DNA from: the human T2T-CHM13v2.0 reference genome, Homo sapiens
DNA length: 64,000 nucleotides
Strand: one strand, 5' to 3'
Assembly: GCF_009914755.1 (NCBI RefSeq)
Contig: NC_060948.1
In this document: piece after piece, positions 1 through 13,600 of the stretch
Layout: the number at the start of each line of letters is the position of its first letter
Numbering within the stretch: position 1 is the first letter of the stretch
Made by a program: the position numbers and the translations under genes
Notes under the pieces: model-generated
Databases searched by the model: none
Seen by the model: the letters and a program-made list of their open reading frames with translations, nothing else
What the model was told of the DNA's origin: nothing

Positions 1-1183
1 TGAATCAACAGGAATGGAAGGGAATAGAATAGACGGTAATGGAATGGACTCAAATAGAATGGACACGAATACTCAAATTGAATGGACTCGAGTGGAATGG
101 AAACGAAAGGAATGTCGTCGAATGGAATTGAATCGATTGGAATGAAATCGCATAGAATGGAGTGGAATCAAATGGAATTGAATCGAAAGGAAAGGAAGCG
201 AATGGACTGAAATGAAATGGAATGGAATTGAATGGAAAGTAATGCAATGGAATAGAATGGAACGAAATTTCACGGAATGGAATCAAACTGAATGGAATCA
301 AATCAATGGAATATAATCAAATGGAATGGAAAGGAATTGAATGGAGTAGATGGGATTGGATGGGATTGGAATGAAATGTACTGGAAAGGACTCGAATTTC
401 ATGAAACGGAATGGAATGAATTGGAACGGAATGGACTCGAATGGAATGGAATGTCATGGAATGGCATCAAATGGAATGGCATCAAATGGAATGGAATCGA
501 ATGCAATGGAATGCTATGGAATGGAATGGAATGCATTGGAATGGACTGTCCTCTAATGGAATGGATTCGAGTGGAATGGAATCGAACATAATGGAGTCGA
601 ATGAAATGGAATTGAAAGGAATGGGATCGAATAGAATGGAATATACTGGAATGTAACGTAATGAACTCGAATGTAATTGACTGGAATGGAATGTACATGA
701 ATGGAATGTAATCGAATGGAAAGTAATCCAATGGAATAGAATCTAATGCAATAAAATCGACTCAAATAGAATAGAATGTAATGGAATGGAGTGCAGTGCA
801 ATGGAATGGAATGGAATGGAATGCAATGGAATGGAATGTAATGGAATGGAATGGAATGGGATGGAATGGTATGGAATGGATAGTAATGGACTGGAGTGAA
901 ATGGACTGGAAAGGAATGGACTCAAATTGAAAGGGCTCGAAAGGAATGGAGTCAAATGGAATGGTCTGGAATGGAATGAACACGAATGTAATGCAATCCA
1001 ATAGAATGGAATCGAATGGCATGGAATATAAAGAAATGGAATCGAAGAGAATGGAAACAAATGGAATGGAATTGAATGGAATGGAATTGAATGGAATGGG
1101 AACGAATGGAGTGAAATTGTATGCAGTAGAAGAGAATAGAATGGAATGCAAGCGAAAGGAAAGGAATGGATTGGAATGGAATG

Positions 1184-1227
1184 GAATTCATTGGAATGGA
1201 AGGGAATGTAGTGTAATGGACAGGCCT
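1184..1227. other. Diagnostic EcoRI (1184-1189) and HaeIII/StuI (1222-1227) landmark pair of the DYZ1 unit
   Basis: GAATTC and AGGCCT read directly; the StuI/HaeIII site recurs once per unit. Confidence 0.9.
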
Positions 1228-1597
1228 GGAATAAAGTGGAATGCTACGGTCTCGAATGGAATAAAAAGATATGGAATGGAATGCAATGAAACGGAATCGA
1301 ATGTCATAGAATGTAATGGAATGCAAAAAAATGGACTCCAAAGTCATTGACTGGAAAGGCTGGGTGTCGAAAGGAATTGACTCCAATGGAATGGAATCGA
1401 ATGGAATGGAAGTGAATAGAATCGAACTAAATCGAATGGAATGGAATTGATAGGAACGGAATGGAAAGGAATGCAATGATTTGGCATGGAATGGAATCGA
1501 ATGGCATCGAATGGAATGGAATGGAATGCAATGGAATGGAATGTATTAGAATGTAATGAACTTTAATGGAATGTACTCGAATGGATTCGAATGGAAT

Positions 1598-1612
1598 GGA
1601 ATGTTCTGGAAG
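1598..1612. promoter_or_regulatory. Candidate heat-shock element HSE-1 (gGAAt gTTCt gGAAg), present in all 18 units
   Basis: Exact match to nGAAnnTTCnnGAAn. Binding is not shown by the sequence. Confidence 0.5.
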
Positions 1613-1877
1613 TGAATGGACTCCAATGGAATGGATTCGAAAGGAATGGAATCGAACGGAATGGAATCTAATGGACTGGAATTAAATGGAAATAAATCAA
1701 ATTGAATAGCACGGAATTGAATTGAATGGAATCGAATGCAATGGAATCTCATGAAACGGAAAGGAAAGGAATGGAATGGAATGGAATGGGCTGGAATGGA
1801 ATGGAATCGAAACGAATGGAATGGAATCGAACTGAAGAGACTGGAATGGAATGCACTGGATTGGAAGGGAGTGTAAT

Positions 1878-1892
1878 GGAAGGTTCTCGAAA
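1878..1892. promoter_or_regulatory. Candidate heat-shock element HSE-2 (gGAAg gTTCt cGAAa), present in all 18 units
   Basis: Exact match to nGAAnnTTCnnGAAn. No variant seen by eye across units. Confidence 0.5.
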
Positions 1893-2898
1893 AAAATGGA
1901 ATCGAATGGAATGGAATTGAATGGAACGGAATAGAGTCGAATGGAATTGAATGGAATGGAATGGACTAGAGTGAAATGGAATCGAACCACAAGGAATGGA
2001 CAGGAATAGAATGGTCTCGAATTGAATGGAATCGTATGGAATGGCATCAAACGGAATGGAATGGACAGCCACGGAATGGAATGCACTCGAATGCAATGGA
2101 GTCGAAACTAATGGAATGGAATAGAATGGACTCGACTGGTACGGACTCCAATGGAATGGAATCGAATGGAATGGAATCGAACGGAATGGACTCGAAGGGA
2201 AAAGACTGCAATGGAAAGGTCTCCAATGGAATGGAAATTAATGGAATGGAATGGAATCGAATGAAATGGAGTCAAAAGGAATGGAATCGAATGGCAAGAA
2301 ATCGAATGTAATGGGATCGCAAGGAATTGATGTGAACGGAACGGAATGGAATGCAATCCAAAGGAATGGAATAGAATGGAATGGAATCGAATGGAAAGGA
2401 CTCGAATGGAAATCACTCGAATAGAATGCAATTTAATAAAATAGGATCAAATGTAATGGAATGGAATGGAAAGGAATCGAAACGAAAGGAATGGAGACAG
2501 ATGGAATGGAATGGAACAGAGAGCAATGGTATAGAATGGAATGGAATCATCTGGAATGGAATTGAATGGAATGGAATAACATGAAATGGAATGGAATGGA
2601 ATGGAATGCCCTTGAATTAAATGGACTGGAATGGAATGGACTCGAACAGAGTGGAATGGAAAGTGTTGAAATAGAATGGAATGGACTCCTTTGGAATGGT
2701 CTAGTATGCAATGCAATCGACTGGCAGGGAATCAAAAGGAATGTAATCGAATGGATTGGACTGGAATGCAATGGACTCGAATAGATTGGAAACGGAATGC
2801 AAAGGAATGGAATGGAATAGTATGGAATGGAATGGAAAGGAATGGAGTGGAATAGACTAGAGTGGAATGGAATGGACTCGAAAGCAATGGACTGGAAT

Positions 2899-2913
2899 GG
2901 AACTTTCTTGAAT
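2899..2913. promoter_or_regulatory. Candidate heat-shock element HSE-3 (gGAAc tTTCt tGAAt), intact in 16 of 18 units
   Basis: Exact match to nGAAnnTTCnnGAAn. Third GAA mutated to GGA in U16 (56247-56261) and U17 (59821-59835). Confidence 0.42.
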
Positions 2914-3564
2914 GGACAGGAATCAAACGGAATGGAATGCAATGCAATCAAATGTCATGGAATAAAATAGAATGAAAGAGAATCAAATGGAATTGAATCG
3001 AATGGAATCGAATGGATTGGAAAGGAATAGAATGGAATGGAATGGAATTGACTCAAATGGAATGGACTAGAATGGAATGGATTCGAATGGAAGGCAAAGG
3101 AATGGAATCTATTGGAATGGACTGTAATGGAATGGAATGGAAGGGATTGGAATGGACTCGAATGGAATGGACTGCAATAGAAAGGATTCGAATGGAATGA
3201 AAAAGAATTGAATGGAATAGAACAGAATGGAATCAAATCGAATGAAATGGAATGGAATAGAAAGGAATGGAATGAAATGGAATGGAAAGGATTCGAATGG
3301 AATGCAATCGAATGGAATGCAATCAAATGGAATGGAAACGAAAGGAATGGAATAAAATGGAAGAAAACTGGCAAGAAATGGAATCGAAATAAATGGAGTT
3401 TTATGGAACGGACTCAAAAGGAATTGAATGTAATAGAATGGAGTGGAGTGGACTCGAATATAATGGACTGGAATGGAATGAAATCACATGGAATGGGAAC
3501 GAATGGAATGGAAATGAAAGGAATGGAATCGAATGGAAAGGAATCGAATGGAAGGGAATGAAAT

Positions 3565-6500
3565 TGAATCAACAGGAATGGAAGGGAATAGAATAGACGG
3601 TAATGGAATGGACTCGAATAGAATGGACACGAATGCTCATATTGAATGGACTCGAGTGGAATGGAAACGAAAGGAATGTCATCGGATGGAATTGAATCGA
3701 TTGGAATGAAATCGCATAGGATGGAGTGGAATCAAATGGAATTGAATCGAAAGGAAAGGAAGCGAATGGACTGAAATGAAATGGAATGGAATTGAATGGA
3801 AAGTAATGCAATGGAATAGAATGGAACGAAATTTCACGGAATGGAATCAAACTGAATGGAATCAAATCAATGGAATCTAATCAAATGGAATGGAAAGGAA
3901 TTGAATGGAGTAGATGGGATTAGATGGGATTGGAATGAAATGTACTGGAAAGGACTCGAATTTCATGAAACGGAATGGAATGAATTGGAACACAATGGAC
4001 TCGAATGGAATGGAATGTCATGGAATGGCATCAAATGGAATGGCATCAAATGGAATGGAATCGAATGCAATGGAATGCTATGGAATGGAATGGAATGCAT
4101 TGGAATGGAATGTCCTCTAATGGAATGGATTCGAGTGGAATGGAATCGAACATAATGGAGTCGAATGAAATGGAATTGAAAGGAATGGGATCGAATACAA
4201 TGGAATATACTGGAATGTAACGTAATGAACTCGAATGTAATTGACTGGAATGGAATGTACATGAATGGAATGTAATCGAATGGAAAGTAATCCAATGGAA
4301 TAGAATCTAATGCAATAAAATCGACTCAAATAGAATAAAATGTAATGGAATGGAGTGCACTGCAATGGAATGGAATGGAATGGAATGCAATGGAATGGAA
4401 TGTAATGGAATGGAATGGAATGGGATGGAATGGTATGGAATGGATAGTAATGGACTGGAGTGAAATGGACTGGAAAGGAATGGACTCAAATTGAAAGGGC
4501 TCGAAAGGAATGGAGTCAAATGGAATGGTCTGGAATGGAATGAACACGAATGTAATGCAATCCAATAGAATGGAATCGAATGGCATGGAATATAAAGAAA
4601 TGGAATCGAAGAGAATGGAAACAAATGGAATGGAATTGAGTGGAATGGAATTGAATGGAATGGGAACGAATGGAGTGAAATTGTATGCAGTAGAAGAGAA
4701 TAGAATGGAATGCAAGCGAAAGGAAAGGAATGGATTGGAATGGAATGGAATTCATTGGAATGGAAGGGAATGTAGTGTAATGGACAGGCCTGGAATAAAG
4801 TGGAATGCTACGGTCTCGAATGGAATAAAAATGTATGGAATGGAATGCAATGAAACGGAATCGAATGTCATAGAATGTAAGGGAATGCAAAAAAATGGAC
4901 TCCAAAGTCATTCACTGGAAAGGCTGGGTGTCGAAAGGAATTGACTCCAATGGAATGGAATCGAATGGAATGGAAGTGAATAGAATCGAACTAAATCGAA
5001 TGGAATGGAATTGATAGGAACGGAATGGAAAGGAATGCAATGATTTGGCATGGAATGGAATCGAATGGCATCGAATGGAATGGAATGGAATGCAATGGAA
5101 TGGAATGTATTAGAATGTAATGAACTTTAATGGAATGTACTCGAATGGATTCGACTGGAATGGAATGTTCTGGAAGTGAATGGACTCCAAAGGAATGGAT
5201 TCGAAAGGAATGGAATCGAACGGAATGCAATCTAATGGACTGGAATTAAATGGAAATGAATCAAATTGAATAGCAAGGAATTGAATTGAATGGAATCGAA
5301 TGCAATGGAATCTAATGAAACGGAAAGGAAAGGAATGGAATGGAATGGAATGGGCTGGAATGGAATGGAATCGAAACGAATGGAATGGAATCGAACTGAA
5401 GAGACTGGAATGGAATACACTGGAATGGAAGGGAGTGTAATGGAAGGTTCTCGAAAAAAATGGAATCGAATGGAATGGAATTGAATGGAACGGAATAGAG
5501 TCGAATGGAATTCAATGGAATGGAATGGACTAGAGTGAAATGGAATCGAACCACAAGGAATGGACAGGAATAGAACGGTATCGAATTGAATGGAATCGTA
5601 TGGAATGGCATCAAACGGAATGGAATGGACAGCCACGGAATGGAATGCACTCGAATGCAATGGAGTCGAAACTAATGGACTGGAATAGAATGGACTCGAC
5701 TGGTACGGACTCCAATGGAAAGGAATCGAATGGAAGGGAATCGAATGGAATGGACTCGAAGGGAAAAGACTGCAATGGAAAGGTCTCGAATGGAATGGAA
5801 ATTAATGGAATGGAATGGAATCGAATGAAATGGAGTCAAAAGGAATGGAATCGAATGGCAAGAAATCGAATGTAATGGAATCGTAAGGAATTGATGTGAA
5901 CGGAACGGAATGGGATGGAATCCAAAGGAATGGAGTAGAATGGAATGGAATTGAAAGGAAAGGACTCGAATGGAAATCACTCGAATAGAATGAAATTTAA
6001 TAAAATAGGATCAAATGTAATGGAATGGAATGGAAAGGAATCGAAACGAAAGGAATGGAGACAGATGGAATGGAATGGAACAGAGAGCAATGGTATAGAA
6101 TGGAATGGAATCATCTGGAATGGAATTGAATGGAATGGAATAACATGAAATGGAATGGAATGGAATGGAATGCCTTAGAATTAAATGGACTGGAATGGAA
6201 TGGACTCGAACAGAGTGGAATGGAAAGTGTTGAAATAGAATGGAATGGACTCCTTTGGAATGGTCTAGTATGCAATGCAATCGACTGTCAGGGAATCAAA
6301 AGGAATGTAATCGAATGGATTGGACTGGAATGCAATGGACTCGAATAGATTGGAAACGGAATGCAAAGGAATGGAATGGAATAGTATGGAATGGAATGGA
6401 AAGGAATGGAGTGGAATAGACTAGAGTGGAATGGAATGGACTCGAAAGCAATGGACTGGAATGGAAGTTTCTTGAATGGACTGGAATCAAACGGAATGGA

Positions 6501-7128
6501 ATGCAATGCAATCAAATGTCATGGAATAAAATAGAATGAAAGAGAATCAAATGGAATTGAATCGAATGGAATCGAATGGATTGGAAAGGAATAGAATGGA
6601 ATGGAATGGAATTGACTCAAATGGAATGGACTAGAATGGAATGGATTCGAATGGAAGGCAAAGGAATGGAATCTATTGGAATGGACTGTAATGGAATGGA
6701 ATGGAAGGGATTGGAATGGACTCGAATGGAATGGACTGCAATAGAAAGGATTCGAATGGAATGAAAAAGAATTGAATGGAATAGAACAGAATGGTATCAA
6801 ATCGAATGAAATGGAATGGAATAGAAAGGAATGCAATGAAATGGAATGGAAAGGATTCGAATGGAATGCAATCGAATGGAATGCAATCTAATGGAATGGA
6901 ATCGAACGGAATGGAATAAAATGGAAGAAAACTGGCAAGAAATGGAATCGAAATGAATGGAGTGTTATGGAACGGACTCAAAAGGAATTGAATGCAATAG
7001 AATGGAGTGGAGTGGACACGAATATAATGGACTGGAATGGAATGAAATCACATGGAATGGGAACGAATGGAATGGAATGGAAAGGAATGGAATCGAATGG
7101 AAAGGAATCGAATGGAAGGGAATTAAAT
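3565..7128 (+). repeat. DYZ1 unit U2 (3564 bp)
   Basis: Landmark at 3565 and 7129. Extra EcoRI site at 5508. Confidence 0.93.
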
Positions 7129-10100
7129 TGAATCAACAGGAATGGAAGGGAGTAGAATAGACGGTAATGGAATGGACTCGAATAGAATGGACACGAATGC
7201 TCAAATTGAATGGACTCGAATGGAATGGAAACGAAAGGAATGTCATCGAATGGAATTGAATCGATTGGAATGAAATCGCATAGAATGGAGTGGAATCAAA
7301 TGGAATTGAATCGAAAGGAAAGGAAGCGAATGGACTGAAATGAAATGGAATGGAATGGAATGGAAAGTAATGCAATGGAATAGAATGGAACGAAATTTCA
7401 CGGAATGGAATCAAACTGAATGGAATCAAATCAATGGAATATAATCAAATGGAATGGAAAGGAATTGAATGGAGTAGATTGGATTGGATGGGATTGGAAT
7501 GAAATGTACTGGAAAGGACTCGAATTTCATGAAACGGAATGGAATGAATTGGAACGGAATGGACTCGAATGGAATGGAATGTCATGGAATGTCAACAAAT
7601 GGAATGGCATCAAATGGAATGGAATCGAATGCAATGGAATGCTTTGGAATGGAATGGAATGCATTGGAATGGAATGTCCTCTAATGGAATGGATTCGAGT
7701 GGAATGGAATCGAATATAATGGAGTCGAATGAAATGGAATTGAAAGGAATGGGATCGAATACAATGGAATATACTGGAATGTAATGTAATGAACTCGAAT
7801 GTAATTGACTGGAATGGAATGTACATGAATGCAATGTAATCGAATGCAAAGTAATCCAATGGAATAGAATCTAATGCAATAAAATCGACTCAAATAGAAT
7901 AGAATGTAATGGAATGGAGTGCAGTGCAATGGAATGGAATGGAATGGAATGCAATGGAATGGAATGGAATGGAATGGAATGGAATGCAATGGGATGGAAT
8001 GGTATGGAATGGACAGTAATGGACAGGAGTGAAATGGAGTGGAAAGGAATGGACTCAAATTGAAAGGGCTCGAAAGGAATGGAGTCAATTGGAATGGTCT
8101 GGAATGGAATGAACACGAATGTAATGCAATCCAGTAGAATGGAATCGAATGGCATGGAATATAAAGAAATGGAATCGAAGAGAATGGAAACAAATGGAAT
8201 GGAATTGAATGGAATGGAATTGAATGGAATGGGAACGAATGGAGTGAAATTGTATGCAGTAGAAGAGAATAGAATGGAATGCAAGCGAAAGGAAAGGAAT
8301 GGATTGGAATGGAATGGAATTCATTGGAATGGAAGGGAGTGTAGTGTAATGGACAGGCCTGGAATAAAGGGGAATGCTACGGTCTCGAATGGAATAAAAA
8401 TGTATGGAATGGAATGCAATGAAACGGAATCGAATGTCATAGAATGTAATGGAAGGCAAACAAATGGACTCCAAAATCATTGACTGTAAAGACTGGGTGT
8501 CGAAAGGAATTGACTCCAATGGAATGGAATCGAATGGAATGGAAGTGAATAGAATCGAACTAAATCGAATGGAATGGAATTGATAGGAACGGAATGGAAA
8601 GGAATGCAATGATTTGGCATGGAATGGAATCGAATGGCATCGAATGGAATGGAATGGAATGCAATGGAATGGAATGTATTAGAATGTAATGAACTTTAAT
8701 GGAATGTACTCGAATGGATTCGACTGGAATGGAATGTTCTCGAAGTGAATGGACTCCAATGGAATGGATTCGAAAGGAATGGAATCTAATGGAATGGAAT
8801 TAAATGGAAATGAATCAAATTGAATAGAACGGAATTGAATTGAATGGAATTGAATGCAATGGAATCTAATGAAACGGAAAGGAAAGGAATGGAATGGAAT
8901 GGAATGGAATGGGCTGGAATGGAATGGAATCGAAACGAATGGAATGGAATCGAACTGAAGAGACTGTAATGGAATGCACTGGAATGGAAGGGAGTGTAAT
9001 GGAAGGTTCTCGAAAAAAATGGAATCGAAAGGAATGGAATTGAATGGAACGGAATAGAGTCGAATGGAATTGAATGGAATGGAATGGACTAGAGTGAAAT
9101 GGAATCGAACCACAAGGAATGGACAGGAATAGAATGGTCTCGAATTGAATGGAATCGTATGGAATGGCATCAAACGGAATGGAATGGACAGTCACGGAAT
9201 GGAATGCACTCGAATGCAATGGAGTCGAAACTAATGGACTGGAATAGAATGGACTCGACTGGTACGGACTCCAATGGAATGGAATCGAATGGAAGGGAAT
9301 CGAACGGAATGGACTCGAAGGGAAAAGACTGCAATGGAAAGGTCTCGAATGGAATGGAAATTAATGGAATGGAATGGAATCGAATGAAATGGAGTCAAAA
9401 GGAATGGAATCGAATGGCAAGAAATCGAATGTAATGGAATCGCAAGGAATTGATGTGAACGGAACGGAATGGAATGGAATCCAAAGGAATGGAATAGAAT
9501 GGAATGGAATCGAATGGAAAGGACTCGAATGGAAATCACTCGAATAGAATGCAATTTAATAAAATAGGATCAAATGTAATGGAATGGAATGGAAAGGAAT
9601 CGAAACGAAAGGAATGGAGACAGATGGAATGGAATGGAACAGAGAGCAATGGTATAGAATGGAATGGAATCATCTGGAATGGAATTGAATGGAATGGAAT
9701 AACATGAAATGGAATGGAATGGAATGGAATGCCCTTGAATTAAACGGACTGGAATGGAATGGATTCGTACAGAGTGGAATGGAATGTGTTGAAATAGAAT
9801 GGAATGGACTCCTTTGGAATGGTCTAGCATGCAATGCAATCGACTGGCAGGGAATCAAAAGGAATGTAATCGAATGGATTGGACTGGAATGCAATGGACT
9901 CGAATAGATTGGAAACGGAATGCAAAGGAATGGAATGGAATAGTATGGAAAGGAATGGAGTGGAATAGACTAGAGTGTAATGGAATGGACACGAAAGCAA
10001 TGGACTGGAATGGAAGTTTCTTGAATGGACTGGAATCAAACGGAATGGAATGCAATGCAATCAAATGTCATGGAATAAAATAGAATGAAAGAGAATCAAA

Positions 10101-10662
10101 CGGAATTAAATCGAATGGAATCGAATGGATTGGAAAGGAATAGAATGGAATGGAATGGAATTGACTCAAATGGAATGGACTAGAATGGAATGGATTCGAA
10201 TGGAAGGCAAAGGAATGGAATCTATTGGAATGGACTGTAATGGAATGGAATGGAAGGGATTGAAATGGACTCGAATGGAATGGACTGCAATAGAAAGGAT
10301 TCGAATGGAATGAAAAAGAATTGAATGGAATAGAACAGAATGGAATCAAATCGAATGAAATGGAATGGAATAGAAAGGAATGGAATGAAATGGAATGGAA
10401 AGGATTCGAATGGAATGCAATCGAATGGAATGGAATCGAACGGAATGGAATAAAATGGAAGAAAACTGGCAAGAAATGGAATCGAAATGAATGGAGTGTT
10501 ATGGAACGGACTCAAAAGGAATTGAATGTAATAGAATGGAGTGGAGTGGACTCGAATATAATGGACTGGAATGGAATGAAATCACATGGAATGGGAACGA
10601 ATGGAATGGAATGGAAAGGAATGGAATCGAATGGAAAGGAATCGAATGGAAGGGAATGAAAT
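7129..10662 (+). repeat. DYZ1 unit U3 (3534 bp)
   Basis: Landmark at 7129 and 10663. 15-bp deletion near 8780 and 10-bp deletion near 9945. Confidence 0.93.
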
Positions 10663-13600
10663 TGAATCAACAGGAATAGAAGGGAATAGAATAGACGGTA
10701 ATGGAATGGACTCGAATAGAATGGACACGAATGCTCAAAATGAATGGACTCGAATGGAATGGAAACGAAAGGAATGTCATCGAATGGAATTGAATCGATT
10801 GGAATGAAATCGCATAGAATGGAGTGGAATCAAATGGAATTGAATCGAAAGGAAAGGAAGCGAATGGACTGAAATGAAATGGAATGGAATTGAATGGAAT
10901 GTAATGCAATGGAATAGAATGGAACGAAATTTCACGGAATGGAATCAAACTGAATGGAATCAAATCAATGGAATATAATCAAATGGAATGGAAAGGAATT
11001 GAATGGAGTAGATTGGATTGGATGGGATTGGAATGAAATTTACTGGAAAGGACTCGAATTTCATGAAACGGAATGGAATGAATTGGAACGGAATGGACTC
11101 GAATGGAATGGAATGTCATGGAATGGCATCAAACGGAATGGCATCAAATGGGATGGAATCGAATGCAATGGAATGCTATGGAATGGAATGGAATGCATTG
11201 GAATGGAATGTCCTCTAATGGAATGGATTCGGGTGGAATGGAATCGAATATAATGGAGTCGAATGAAATGGAATTGAAAGGAATGGGATCGAATTCAATG
11301 GAATATACTGGAATGTAACGCAATGAACTCGAATGTAATTGACTGGAATGGAATGTACATGAATGGAATGTAACCGAATGGAAAGTAATCCAATGGAATA
11401 GAATCTAATGCAATAAAATCGACTGTAATATAATAGAATGTAATGGAATGGAGTGCAGTGTAATGGAATGGAATGGAATGGAATGCAATGGAATGGAATG
11501 GAATGGAATGGAATGCAATGGGATGGAATGGCATGGAATGGATAGTAATGGACTGGAGTGAGATGGACTGGAAAGGAATGGACTCAAATTGAAAGGGCTC
11601 GAAAGGAATGGAGTCAAATGGAATGGTCTGGAATGGAATGAACACGAATGTAATGCAATCCAATAGAATGGAATCGAATGGCATGGAATATAAAGAAATG
11701 GAATCGAAGAGAATGGAAACAAATGGAATGGAATTGAATGGAATGGAATTGAATGGAATGGGAACGAATGGAGTGAAATTGTATGCAGTAGAAGAGAATA
11801 GAATGGAATGCAAGCGAAAGGAAAGGAATGGATTGGAATGGAATGGAATTCATTGGAATGGAAGGGAATGTAGTGTAATGGACAGGCCTGGAATAAAGTG
11901 GAATGCTACGGTCTCGAATGGAATAAAAATGTATGGAATGGAATGCAATGAAACGGAATCGAATGTCATAGAATGTAATGGAATGCAAAAAAATGGACTC
12001 CAAAATCATTGACTGGAAAGGCTGGGTGTCGAAAGGAATTGACTCCAATGGAATGGAATCGAATGGAATGGAAGTGAATAGAATCGAACTAAATCGAATG
12101 GAATGGAATTGATAGGAACGGAATTTAAAGGAATGCAATGATTTGGCATGGAATGGAATCGAATGGCATCGAATGGAATGGAATGGAATGCAATGGAATG
12201 GAATGTATTAGAACGTAATGAACTTTAATGGAGTGTACTCGAATGGATTCGACTGGAATGGAATGTTCTGGAAGTGAATGGACTCCAATGGAATGGATTC
12301 GAAAGGAATGGAATCGTACGGAATGGTATCCAATGGAATGGAATTAAATGGAAATGAATCAAATTGAATAGCACGGAATTGAATGGAATCGAATGCAATG
12401 GAATCTAATGAAACGGAAAGGAAAGGAATGGAATGGAATGGAATGGGCTGGAATGGAATGGAATCGAAACGAATGGAATGGAATCGAACTGAAGAGACTG
12501 GAATGGAATGCACTGGAATGGAAGGGAGTGTAATGGAAGGTTCTCGAAAAAAATGGAATCGAATGGTATGGAATTGAATGGAACGGAATAGAGTCGAATG
12601 GAATTGAATGGAATGGAATGGACTAGAGTGAAATGGAATCGAACCACAAGGAATGGACAGGAATAGAATGGTCTCGAATTGAATGGAATCGTATGGAATG
12701 GCATCAAACGGAATGGAATGGACAGCCACGGAATGGAATGCACTCGAATGCAATGGAGTCGAAACTAATGGACTGGAATAGAATGGACTCGACTGGTACG
12801 GACTCCAATGGAATGGAATCGAATGCATGGGAATCGAACGGAATGGACTCGAAGGGAAAAGACTGCAATGGAAAGGTCTGGAATGGAATGGAAATTAATG
12901 TAATGGAATGGAATCGAAGGAAATGGAGTCAAAAGGAATGGAATCGAATGGCAAGAAATCGAATGTAATGGAATCGCAAGGAATTGATGTGAACGGAACG
13001 GAATGGAATGGAATCCAAAGGAATGGAATAGAATGGAATGGAATCGAATGGAAAGGACTCGAATGGAAATCACTCGAATAGAATGCAATTTAATAAAATA
13101 GGATCAAATGTAATAGAATGGAATGGAAAGGAATCGAAACGAAAGGAATGGAGACAGATGGAATGGAATGGAACAGAGAGCAATGGTATAGAATGGAATG
13201 GAATCATCTGGAATGGAATTGAATGGAATGGAATAACATGAAATGGAATGGAATGGAATGGAATGCCCTTGAATTAAATGGACTGGAATGGAATGGACTC
13301 GAACAGAGTGGAATGGAAAGTGTTGAAATAGAATGGAATGGACTCCTTTGGAATGGTCTAGTACGCAATGCAGTAGACTGGCAGGGAATCAAAAGGAATG
13401 TAATCGAATGCATTGGACTGGAATGCAATGGACTCGAATAGATTGGAAACGGAATGCAAAGGAATGGAATGGAATAGTATGGAATGGAATGGAAAGGAAT
13501 GGAGTGGAATAGACTAGAGTGGAATGGAATGGACTCAAAAGCAATGGACTGGAATGGAACTTTCTTGAATGGACTGGAATCAAACGGAATGGAATGCAAT

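Larger units (their letters stand above)
1..3564 (+). repeat. DYZ1 unit U1 (3564 bp)
   Basis: TGAATCAACAGG at 1 and 3565. Carries a 15-bp insertion near 3315 shared only with U2. Confidence 0.93.

Noticed and set aside
269-277. TTCACGGAA, a STAT/GAS-like TTCnnnGAA motif once per unit
   Set aside because: Short motif easily produced in a GAA-saturated background, lost in U13-U15, and no independent support.
946-1350. 134-aa plus-strand ORF conserved in every unit, and other MEWNG-type ORFs
   Set aside because: Direct translation of GGAAT (GMEWN). Conservation simply reflects unit identity, and ATG occurs every few bases.
3562-3572. AAATTGAATCA resembling a DUX4 site
   Set aside because: Lacks the leading TAA of the DUX4 motif in all units checked; DUX4 binding is associated mainly with HSat2.
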